A stretch of 64,000 nucleotides of DNA from Bacteroidota bacterium. GTDB lineage: Bacteria > Bacteroidota > Bacteroidia > Chitinophagales > JADIYW01. The stretch is taken from assembly GCA_020436225.1 (NCBI GenBank), contig JAGQYE010000024.1:11051-75050 (forward strand), in the 5' to 3' direction. Every line of letters begins with the position of its first letter. Position 1 is the stretch's first letter. The position numbers and the translations under genes were made by a program. The notes below the pieces were generated by a model. That model made no database searches and was not told where the DNA came from. It saw nothing but the letters and a program-made list of their open reading frames with translations. Shown piece by piece: positions 45,327 to 53,623 of this stretch.

Positions 45327-46421
45327 TTATGCCGGATTTATTGTATGTATGTAATATCGATTAGCACGTGCAAAAGTGCCTAAATCATTAAAGCGAACAC
45401 CTTGTTCTTGCATTACTTTATGCGCTTTTGTAGCCGTGAATTGCCTGATATAAAAAGTTTCATTCACTACAAAATGATGAATGGCATGTGTGCTACCGAA
45501 ATTGAAACAAAATATTTGGAACGGAATAAAATACCATTTATTGAGCACTTGCGTTTGTTGCATGATATTACCACTTTCTACATCGCCGTAATAGTGCATA
45601 TTAGATGTGATAAAATGCAAGCAAAACATTCGGAATAAATTTGGGATAATTAAAATGGCAACTAAAGGATTTATCCATTTCATTTGGTTGGTAATAAATG
45701 TTGAACTTTGATAATTTAATTGAAAAATATCAGCTATAAAAACAATAAAATAATGTGCTAAAAAGAAATACCAAATAAAATACAACGCTAATGTAAATGG
45801 CAACATTCCGTACAGTTTTACTTTTTTAAAATTCAAGGCTTGCTCTTTAGTAAGCTCACCTGATTTTACAGCATCAATAATATCTTTTCTGATAATAGCT
45901 GCGCGCAATATGCCTCCAAATAATAAATCTGCAATAGTTATTAATCGTTTAAAACTCCATTTTTCGCCGTTGGTTAATCCGCGTTCTTCTACATCCGTTT
46001 TTGTGCCTGAAACGCGATGATGATGAAAATGAATATCTCTGCGAAACCAAGGATTGATGGTCATTGGACGAAAAATCCAAACGCCTAACATCATCAGGTT
46101 ATGCATGAATTTGTTTTTTTTGAAATACATGAAATGAATTAAATCGTGTTCTAATTCATGTAATAAAGAAGTCCAAAATGCAACAGACAAAACAAGCACC
46201 AACAACGGCATTTTTTCTTGTAAGTATAAAACTGCCGATACAATAATCATCGCAATAGAGAAAGAAAAAATAAAAAATCCGATAGCATTTTGATGTTTTA
46301 AAAAGGGAAATCTTGCTCGGATTTCTTTGCTTGCCAATTGTACTTCTTTGCGAATAACTTTCGTTTTTTGTTCGTCGTTACTTGTAAAGCTTGTAGATGC
46401 TATCTCTGCTGTTGTATTCAT
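45327..46421 (-). CDS. Membrane fatty-acid desaturase family protein (three His boxes)
   Basis: HELEHDLIH, HFHHHRVSG and HAIHHF histidine boxes with TM helices. The ATG at 46421 (MNTTAEIAS) is preferred over the upstream TTG extension. Confidence 0.8.
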   Translation of the reverse strand: MNTTAEIASTSFTSNDEQKTKVIRKEVQLASKEIRARFPFLKHQNAIGFFIFSFSIAMIIVSAVLYLQEKMPLLVLVLSVAFWTSLLHELEHDLIHFMYFKKNKFMHNLMMLGVWIFRPMTINPWFRRDIHFHHHRVSGTKTDVEERGLTNGEKWSFKRLITIADLLFGGILRAAIIRKDIIDAVKSGELTKEQALNFKKVKLYGMLPFTLALYFIWYFFLAHYFIVFIADIFQLNYQSSTFITNQMKWINPLVAILIIPNLFRMFCLHFITSNMHYYGDVESGNIMQQTQVLNKWYFIPFQIFCFNFGSTHAIHHFVVNETFYIRQFTATKAHKVMQEQGVRFNDLGTFARANRYYIHTINPA

Positions 46422-46518
46422 AGTGTTTATTAAAATTAGAACATCAACAGAATAAAAGAAACTTTTAAGCAAAAAAATTAACAGTAAACAAACACGAAAC
46501 AAACTTTCTGCGTGGAAA

Positions 46519-47208
46519 TTATCCTTCGTTAATTGTATTGGAAGAATTTATCTTATCTCTTGCTAAATCTACAATTTGTTGGATTTGTTGTTCTAAAGTC
46601 AAAAATGTTGTATCCATTTCTATGGCATCAGCCACGCGCGTCAAAGGTGAATCATCTCTTGTAGAATCTATTTTATCGCGATGTAATAAGTTGGCTTTTA
46701 ATTCTTCCAAAGGAAATAATTTTCCTGTTTTGCGAAGCAATTCATCTTGTCTTCTTTTTGTTCGAATGTCAATATCAGCGGTCATAAAAATTTTCAGTTC
46801 AGCATCTGGCATTACCACACTTCCAATATCTCTACCTTCCATTACTACACCTTTTTGAGTTGCCATTTTTTGTTGTTGCTCTACCAATTTTCGGCGTACA
46901 TTACTCATGGCTGCTACTTCTGAAACGATAGCTGCGACACGTGGCTGACGAATTTCTTGTTCTACATCTTCTCCGTTTAAGAAAGTATGAAAAACTTGCT
47001 CCACTTTTTTAAACTCAATGGAAATATTCGGCAATGCTTTTTCAATTCCTTCAAGATTATCTATATCTATTAAGTGCCTTTGAAAATATAAAGTAACGGC
47101 TCTATACATTGCGCCTGAATCTATATAAATATATTCCAAAATTTTTGCAACACGTTTTGCTGTGGATGATTTTCCACAAGCCGAATAACCGTCGATGGCA
47201 ATGTTTAT
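46519..47208 (-). CDS. cmk: Cytidylate kinase; the N-terminus with the P-loop lies upstream of the first canonical start, so a non-canonical ATA (47208) or ATT (47202) start is proposed
   Basis: The track ORF starts at TTG 47139 (MEYIYIDSGAMYRAVT...). The same frame stays open upstream and encodes (I)NIAIDGYSACGKSSTAKRVAKIL, the cmk Walker A. Confidence 0.75.
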   Translation of the reverse strand: MNIAIDGYSACGKSSTAKRVAKILEYIYIDSGAMYRAVTLYFQRHLIDIDNLEGIEKALPNISIEFKKVEQVFHTFLNGEDVEQEIRQPRVAAIVSEVAAMSNVRRKLVEQQQKMATQKGVVMEGRDIGSVVMPDAELKIFMTADIDIRTKRRQDELLRKTGKLFPLEELKANLLHRDKIDSTRDDSPLTRVADAIEMDTTFLTLEQQIQQIVDLARDKINSSNTINEG

Positions 47209-47214
47209 TTTATA

Positions 47215-47238
47215 ATTTGATGATTTGATGGTTTGATG
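47215..47238. repeat. Period-8 tandem array ATTTGATG ATTTGATG GTTTGATG
   Basis: Read directly, immediately upstream of the cmk N-terminal coding region. Confidence 0.75.
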
Positions 47239-47275
47239 ATTTTTATAGTTTTTAAATTAAATTCTGCTTTTAATT

Positions 47276-47307
47276 ATCAAATTAGCACATTTTCAAATTA
47301 CCAAATT
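47276..47307. repeat. Period-8 tandem array ATCAAATT AGCACATT TTCAAATT ACCAAATT (minus strand: nTAATTTG units)
   Basis: Abuts and overlaps the stop codon (47306..47308) of the PorQ-like gene. Confidence 0.75.
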
Positions 47308-48358
47308 ACTTTGCTTTTTTCCCAAACTCATCTAATTTTATTCGCAATGTAAGTTGATGATCGCTGCCGGCTTTGTGATATTGCGCATAAGCATAATCAA
47401 ACGCAAATTGTTTGATGTTCACGCCAAAACCGGCAGAAATACCTGCAAATCCTTTTTTCTTGCCGACACCTAATTCTTGTCTGCGCAGGTGATTATATCC
47501 GAATCGAAGTCGCACAGGTTTTCCGGCTTGTATCTCTGCGCCAAAGCTTATATGTCTAAAAATATTATCGACAACTTCTAATCCTTTACTTTTCTTTTTT
47601 GGTGTTCCAAACAACGTATTTTGTTCCTCTTCTTCCGGGAAACTCAAATCCCAAACTTGCAAATCGTGTGCAGTTACAGAAATGGTAATCGGAATTTTTT
47701 TAAATCTTTTTGAAAAAGAAAAATCTAATTGAATTGGTAATTTTTGTCTGCCCGATTCTTTGATATAGGGTTTCATTTCTACACCGGCATTGCGCACAAT
47801 AGCAGCAAAGGTCCAATTTGTTTTTGGATTGTGATAACCAATGGCTACATCGGTGGCAAAACCCAAAGAAGTATATCTTTCTAAATGTGAAACGATAAAT
47901 TTTAAATTAATGCCGTAATAAAACTTGCGCAAACTTCTACCAATACCAACTTGAAAATTAAAATCTGCTGCGCGAAATGTTCCGGTTGGATTGCCTGCCG
48001 GATCTCTGCCATCAAATTTTCCGTAAGAAGCAAACTGCATGGTATAAGCAATCGCCGATTTTATTTTCGGATGATAATAAGCAAACGTAATATTTCCGAT
48101 GTTAGATTTATCTGTATAAAATGAGTTGGAAATGGATAGTTGTTTGTGAAAGGAAGAATCAATAAAACAAGGATTTGAAATGGCTAAAGAAATGTCGGCA
48201 TCTTTTGTATTTTTTATACTTTGCAAGCCTCCACCTAATGCTTCCATACGTGCAGAAGTTGGAAACTGCAGAAAATCATAAATATTCTCGCCGCCAATTT
48301 GTGCTGACGAAAATTGTATGATAAAAAACAAACATGATATGACGAAAATCCGTTTCAA
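47306..48358 (-). CDS. porQ: T9SS-associated outer-membrane beta-barrel protein, PorQ-like
   Basis: Signal peptide plus AQIGGENIYDFLQFPTSARMEALGG, which I recall as the PorQ-family N-terminal signature. Alternating beta-strand pattern throughout. TTG start. Confidence 0.55.
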   Translation of the reverse strand: MKRIFVISCLFFIIQFSSAQIGGENIYDFLQFPTSARMEALGGGLQSIKNTKDADISLAISNPCFIDSSFHKQLSISNSFYTDKSNIGNITFAYYHPKIKSAIAYTMQFASYGKFDGRDPAGNPTGTFRAADFNFQVGIGRSLRKFYYGINLKFIVSHLERYTSLGFATDVAIGYHNPKTNWTFAAIVRNAGVEMKPYIKESGRQKLPIQLDFSFSKRFKKIPITISVTAHDLQVWDLSFPEEEEQNTLFGTPKKKSKGLEVVDNIFRHISFGAEIQAGKPVRLRFGYNHLRRQELGVGKKKGFAGISAGFGVNIKQFAFDYAYAQYHKAGSDHQLTLRIKLDEFGKKAK

Positions 48359-48392
48359 AATAATGTTACAAGTTAATTAGATTTATAGCATT

Positions 48393-48424
48393 TTCAAATC
48401 TTCAAATTAACTAATTTTCAAATT
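48393..48424. repeat. Period-8 tandem array TTCAAATC TTCAAATT AACTAATT TTCAAATT (same word as 47276..47307)
   Basis: The last unit overlaps the thiH stop codon (48418..48420). Confidence 0.75.
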
Positions 48425-49530
48425 AATACTTCGTCCCAATCTTTCCAGACAACTTCGTAATTTTTTGAACGTATCATTTGTGCTATTTCTTGTGGTGTAC
48501 GTTCGTCATTCGTTTCAAATTGTTTAAGTGCATGCGAATCCGAATAACCGCCCGGTTCTGTTTTGCTGCCGGCACTCATTGAGGTAATTCCAAACGGCAA
48601 AATCGCATCTCTAAAAGCTGGTCGTTCTCTTGTAGAAAGTGATAATTCTACATCTGGAAAACAAATGCGGTAAGCACAAATTAATTGCAATAATTCTTTT
48701 TCTGTTAAAGTTGATTTTGGCTGAAATTCACCTTCGTGTGGTCGTATGCGCGGAAAGGAAACTGAGTATTTAGATTGCCAATACGTGCGTTGTAGATAAT
48801 CTAAATGCACAGCATTGAAGTAGCTATCCACGCGCCAATCTTCTAAACCTAACAACACGCCAATTCCTATTTTGTGAATGCCGGATTTTCCGATTCTGTC
48901 CGGCGTTTCCAAGCGATAATCGAAATTGGATTTTTTTCCTTTAGGATGATATTCTTTATACGTTTCTCGATGATACGTTTCTTGATATACTAAAACAGAA
49001 AATACGCCGGCTTCGTTCAAACGTTCGTATTCATGTTGTTCTAAAGGTTGTACTTCTATGGAAACTTGTGAAAAATGTGGACGAATCAATTCTACGGCAT
49101 GTACTAAATAATCAATGCCAACATATTTATTATGCTCGCCGGTAACCAATAAAATATTATCATATCCATACGATTTTATGATTTCAATTTCTTGAAGAAT
49201 TTCTTGATCGGTCAACGTTTTTCTTGGAATATGATTGGTATAACTAAAGCCACAATAGGTGCAAATATTCTGACATTCATTGCTAAGATACATCGGAATA
49301 TACAACTGCATATTTTTGCCGAAACGCTCTTGTGTAATGCGTTGACTTAGCTGTAGCATTTCATTTAAAAAAGGAAAAGCAGCAGGTGAAATTAAAGTAA
49401 GAAATTTTTCTAAAACAGAAATTTTGCCGATAGAAGAGTTAAAAATTGTTTGAACTTCATGTTCTCGTACACGCGTAATAGAAGTAAGAACTTCTTCCCA
49501 TTGAAATGTATTTAGCTTATCTGAAAACAT
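48418..49530 (-). CDS. thiH: 2-iminoacetate synthase ThiH (radical SAM tyrosine lyase)
   Basis: 370 aa with radical-SAM cluster motif CQNICTYCGF and ThiH/BioB-like C-terminal half. Confidence 0.88.
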   Translation of the reverse strand: MFSDKLNTFQWEEVLTSITRVREHEVQTIFNSSIGKISVLEKFLTLISPAAFPFLNEMLQLSQRITQERFGKNMQLYIPMYLSNECQNICTYCGFSYTNHIPRKTLTDQEILQEIEIIKSYGYDNILLVTGEHNKYVGIDYLVHAVELIRPHFSQVSIEVQPLEQHEYERLNEAGVFSVLVYQETYHRETYKEYHPKGKKSNFDYRLETPDRIGKSGIHKIGIGVLLGLEDWRVDSYFNAVHLDYLQRTYWQSKYSVSFPRIRPHEGEFQPKSTLTEKELLQLICAYRICFPDVELSLSTRERPAFRDAILPFGITSMSAGSKTEPGGYSDSHALKQFETNDERTPQEIAQMIRSKNYEVVWKDWDEVLI

Positions 49531-49681
49531 TGATATTTTACACTATTTGTATGGTGACAAGATGTAAAAGTACGTTAGTTATTCACATTTCACGCTTAGC
49601 ACACGCATAAATAGTAAAATATTAACAAGCATAAAAGCCTAAAAGTTATTAATTTTATACTTGTTAATAGTCATTTTATAT

Positions 49682-52600
49682 ATGGTTAGATTTTACATTT
49701 TTTTATTTTTTATTTTCTTCACTTCTACTTTAAAAGGGGCAACATATTCTGAAAATTTTGATGTTGCCGGAAATTGGGGTGGAGATATGAGCGGATATTC
49801 AACTGACAAAACTTACTCAAGGAGTGGACACCCTGTTGTTTTTGCTTGTTCAAATGATGCCCTACGAGAAACAGCAGGTACACAAGATTCCTATTATAAA
49901 ACAAGATCTAACTCCGATTATGCTTGGAGAATACGAAATTCAGGTAGTGGTAGTTGGACAGCGACCATTGCCAGTGGTGGCGTTGGTACTTTTTCTGTTT
50001 ATGTAAGAAGATGGGACAATTCACCAGACCCGAACTATGTATGTGAATATAGTATCGACAACGGTGGTAGTTGGACTTCGGTTCAAACCATAAACAACGC
50101 ATGGTTAGGCAGTAGTGATTACAAACAAATTACAGGAACAATAAACACCTCTAACGGTGCAGGCGCTTCTGATGATATAATTATAAGAATAAGAAGAAGT
50201 GGTGGCGAACGCTTAATGATTGACGATTTTGAGATGACCGATTACGCTTCAACTACTTCTCCAGAAATCCAACTACAGCAACCTGTCGGTACAGATGTTG
50301 CTTGCGGATTTTCTTATGATTTTGGCTCGGCTGCAGTAGGCACTAATACAGACTTAACCGTTAGAATTAAAAATACCGGAACTGCTACTTTAAACATTTC
50401 CGGTGCAGCATTGAGTGGAACGAATGCTGCCGAATTTTCAATACAAACAGTTCCGGCTTCTACTGTTGCAACAAGCAGTTACACCGATATGGTAATTCGT
50501 TACACGCCACAAGTTTTTGGAACAAAAACAGCAACATTAACCATTAGCTCTGACGATGCCGATGAAAGTAGTTGTACTATCGACTTAACGGCTTCAGCTT
50601 ATTATAATTCTTGTACAGAATTAATTATTTCAGAATATGGCGAACCAACTTCAGGGAATGGAAAATATATTGAACTCTATAATGGTACAAGTGCTTCTAT
50701 CGACCTTGCCGATTATCAATTATGGAGCGTAAGTAATGGTGGAACTTGGCCCGAAAATACACTCAGTTTAAGTGGAACTTTGGCATCCGGAGCAACATAC
50801 GTTGTAGCAAACAATATTACAGATGTTCCTGGTGCAGATACTTATAATCCTACTTTTTGTAATTGGAATGGCGATGATGCCGTAGGCTTGGCAAAAAATG
50901 TAGGTGGTATATATTATTTAATTGATGCAATTGGTAGAGATGGTGCTGATCCTGGAAGTGGTTGGGTAGTTGCAGGCATTTCTAATGCTACAGAAGGTCA
51001 TACGTTATTGAGAAAATCATCAGTCAATATTCCGGATACGAATTGGACTAATTCTGCCGGTTCAAACGCTTCTAATTCGGAGTGGTTAGTTCGTAATTAC
51101 CAACTTAATAATATAGGTTGCAACGTCAATGCTTGTTTAATTTCTACTTCAGTCGGTTTTGATGTTGCAAGTGCAAATGTAACGGAAGCAAATACGAATG
51201 TTACAGTAAATGTTACTATGAGTAGTGCACCAACATCTACAGTAAATGTAATTGTGAGTGATGCATTATTGGGAACAGCAACAAGCGGAACAGATTATTC
51301 AACCTTTAGTGATGCCACGCTTACCTTTACACCGGCAGAATCTTATCCGAACACCAAAACAGTTACTCTAAATATTTTAGACGATGCTATTCCGGAATCA
51401 AATGAAAATATTGTATTAAATGTAGATGCACAATGTGGCGCCTTGATTTCTAATGATGCTTATTCTTTAACTATCATCGACAATGAACCGCCCGAAGGAC
51501 TTATCATCAACGAATTTGGACAAGGCTCCTCAGAACAAGAATACATTGAATTGGTAGTAGCCGGAACGCCGGGCACAACCGTTGATTTGCGCGGTTGGAT
51601 TGTTGACGATAATAGTGGAATTTTTTCGGGTGGATTTGGTAGTCAGTTAGGAATTGCGGAAGGACATATCAAATTTTCAGATATTTGCACTTGGGAAAAA
51701 GTGCCTGTTGGTTCCATTATTTTAATTTATAATGCCAGCGATAAAAATCCATATATTACTGTGGCAGATGATCCAACCGATGCCAACCTCGATTATTTGT
51801 ATGTTGTAGGCATTGAAAGTTTCTCTAATTGCGCATCTGCCACATCCAATCTTTATTTTTCATCAGATTGCATAAAACCAAACAATTCATCTTATGACCA
51901 ATACACTCCGGCAGTTTATACTAATGCCGATTGGCATACCATGCAATTTAGAAATGCCGGCGATGCCGTACAAGTGAGAAGTAGCAATGGCGGATTTTTC
52001 CAAGGAATTTCTTATGGCGATAAAGGAAGCGGTTCAGATTGTAGTGGTTGTGCATTAAATCTTTCCAATCATCCGGATTATAGTATTTACGGTAGCAATG
52101 CACTTTACTTTGATTTTATCGGGTCAAATACTATTCGTACTTATTTGTTTGAAAATACCATCTCCAACGATTTTCGAAATATCAATAATTGGGACACCGC
52201 TTATGTTGTTGGTACAAAAGAAACACCTGGCACTTTTAATGGCACTAACAATCAAACTTGGATAGAATCGCTAAGGACACCTTTTGATGTAGTAATGGAT
52301 GATCAAAGCTATACATGCAATTTGCGCGCGTATGAAAGTCGGTTTTATTTAGATAATAACGACGACATTATTTATTGGATAAAGAATAATACTTCAACCG
52401 ATCATGGTTCATTTACGGCTGCTACCATCATTCATGATGATGCAACCGCCGGAAAAGGTTTCCAAAATACCAACTTATATGGTATTCCTTTATTTATGCA
52501 AAAAACATTTACAGCAACGCCAACTACAACGAGTGGTGCTAATTATAAAATCAAATTCTTTGTTTCCACGCAAGAATTACAAGATTATTGCGATTACATC

Positions 52601-53401
52601 AATCCTATTTTAGATAGCATTTTTGGAATTAATGCACATCATAACCATACACCTGCAGAAGTAGTCGGACATATCAAAATTTACAGAACTTCCGGCACCG
52701 ACAGAGCTTGGAGCGTTACCACGGATGCACAGGCACAAATCGTACAGCCTGTAGTTGGTACATATAATGGTTACACTACGTTTGAATATGATGGCTTTAC
52801 CGGATTTTCCGGTTATGCTTTGGGAGACATCGTAACGCCAAGAATTGGATTGCCTGTTGAACTAACCGAATTCAAAGCAAATTGCGAGGATATGTCTATA
52901 AAATTAAATTGGACTACAGCATCTGAAAAAAACAGCGATTATTTCGAAATACAACGTTCTTCAGATGGCATCCATTTTACAACTATCGGAAAAATAGCAG
53001 CAGCAGGAATCTCGAATGAAATTAGACACTATGAGTTTTTGGATAAAAATCCAACTATTGATGCCAACTATTATCGACTTAAACAACAAGATATTGGCAA
53101 TGCAACACCAACACTTTCTTACGTTGTAAAATCAAGTTGCGATGATATGGAAGATAATTTAATTGATGTTTTCTACAATACTTACAATGGAATTACTTTC
53201 AATATTTTCAGCACCAAAAACGAGAAAATGGATATTTCTGTATTTGATATTTCCGGACAATTATTACACCAAGAAAATAGACAAATAAATAATGGATATT
53301 CCACTTTTTCCTTAAACATGAAAAATCAACTTGCTGATGGAATCTATATTGTTAAAATTATCGGCAATCAGTTCATTTCAAAGAAAATTATGGTACACTA
53401 A
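49682..53401 (+). CDS. Giant T9SS cargo 1: beta-sandwich (ENF...IDDF), choice-of-anchor-D/HYDIN-like Ig domain, lamin-tail domain, Calx-beta, second lamin-tail domain, unknown region, PVEL module and Por secretion tail
   Basis: Leader MVRFYIFLFFIFF. Domain spans by eye:
- ENF...IDDF: 49745..50245
- CoA-D: 50261..50596
- LTD1 (LIISEYGEP...KYIELYN): 50615..51103
- Calx-beta (TSGTDY...LDDAIPESNE): 51149..51484
- LTD2 (LIINEFGQG...EYIELVV): 51497..52018
- C-terminal module: 52844..53398. Confidence 0.85.
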   Translation: MVRFYIFLFFIFFTSTLKGATYSENFDVAGNWGGDMSGYSTDKTYSRSGHPVVFACSNDALRETAGTQDSYYKTRSNSDYAWRIRNSGSGSWTATIASGGVGTFSVYVRRWDNSPDPNYVCEYSIDNGGSWTSVQTINNAWLGSSDYKQITGTINTSNGAGASDDIIIRIRRSGGERLMIDDFEMTDYASTTSPEIQLQQPVGTDVACGFSYDFGSAAVGTNTDLTVRIKNTGTATLNISGAALSGTNAAEFSIQTVPASTVATSSYTDMVIRYTPQVFGTKTATLTISSDDADESSCTIDLTASAYYNSCTELIISEYGEPTSGNGKYIELYNGTSASIDLADYQLWSVSNGGTWPENTLSLSGTLASGATYVVANNITDVPGADTYNPTFCNWNGDDAVGLAKNVGGIYYLIDAIGRDGADPGSGWVVAGISNATEGHTLLRKSSVNIPDTNWTNSAGSNASNSEWLVRNYQLNNIGCNVNACLISTSVGFDVASANVTEANTNVTVNVTMSSAPTSTVNVIVSDALLGTATSGTDYSTFSDATLTFTPAESYPNTKTVTLNILDDAIPESNENIVLNVDAQCGALISNDAYSLTIIDNEPPEGLIINEFGQGSSEQEYIELVVAGTPGTTVDLRGWIVDDNSGIFSGGFGSQLGIAEGHIKFSDICTWEKVPVGSIILIYNASDKNPYITVADDPTDANLDYLYVVGIESFSNCASATSNLYFSSDCIKPNNSSYDQYTPAVYTNADWHTMQFRNAGDAVQVRSSNGGFFQGISYGDKGSGSDCSGCALNLSNHPDYSIYGSNALYFDFIGSNTIRTYLFENTISNDFRNINNWDTAYVVGTKETPGTFNGTNNQTWIESLRTPFDVVMDDQSYTCNLRAYESRFYLDNNDDIIYWIKNNTSTDHGSFTAATIIHDDATAGKGFQNTNLYGIPLFMQKTFTATPTTTSGANYKIKFFVSTQELQDYCDYINPILDSIFGINAHHNHTPAEVVGHIKIYRTSGTDRAWSVTTDAQAQIVQPVVGTYNGYTTFEYDGFTGFSGYALGDIVTPRIGLPVELTEFKANCEDMSIKLNWTTASEKNSDYFEIQRSSDGIHFTTIGKIAAAGISNEIRHYEFLDKNPTIDANYYRLKQQDIGNATPTLSYVVKSSCDDMEDNLIDVFYNTYNGITFNIFSTKNEKMDISVFDISGQLLHQENRQINNGYSTFSLNMKNQLADGIYIVKIIGNQFISKKIMVH

Positions 53402-53566
53402 AAATCGGCATTTTTCTCATTTTTTGATTTTTGTAGGTTGATTACAAGGTTTTAGCTATTTAACGTCAATAGTATCCCTAAATGTTTCCCTATTCTCCAA
53501 GAAATCTTCATTTGGAATTGTGACAAATTTAACTTGACGATTGTCCATTTATTAATTATTTTAAAC

Positions 53567-53574
53567 TAAATTTG
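53567..53574 (+). promoter_or_regulatory. -7 box TAAATTTG
   Basis: Exact TAnnTTTG 49 nt upstream of the ATG at 53624. Confidence 0.4.
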
Positions 53575-53623
53575 ATGTCCGACTATTTAAAAATTTATAT
53601 TATACAATTTATAATTTATACCT

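Noticed and set aside
15388-48424. Short tandem arrays considered as CRISPR or other known repeat classes
   Set aside because: The units are 7-8 nt with no spacers, 3-6 copies and different words per locus. They are not CRISPR, REP/BIME-like palindromes or IS ends. They are kept as findings of unknown nature instead.
49531-49660. Possible TPP riboswitch upstream of thiH (also checked at 61054..61082 and 63144..63236)
   Set aside because: I could not find the conserved CUGAGA or pyrimidine-sensor (ACCUGAUCUGGAUAAUGCCAGCG-like) elements on the minus strand. Only a covariance-model scan could fully exclude it.
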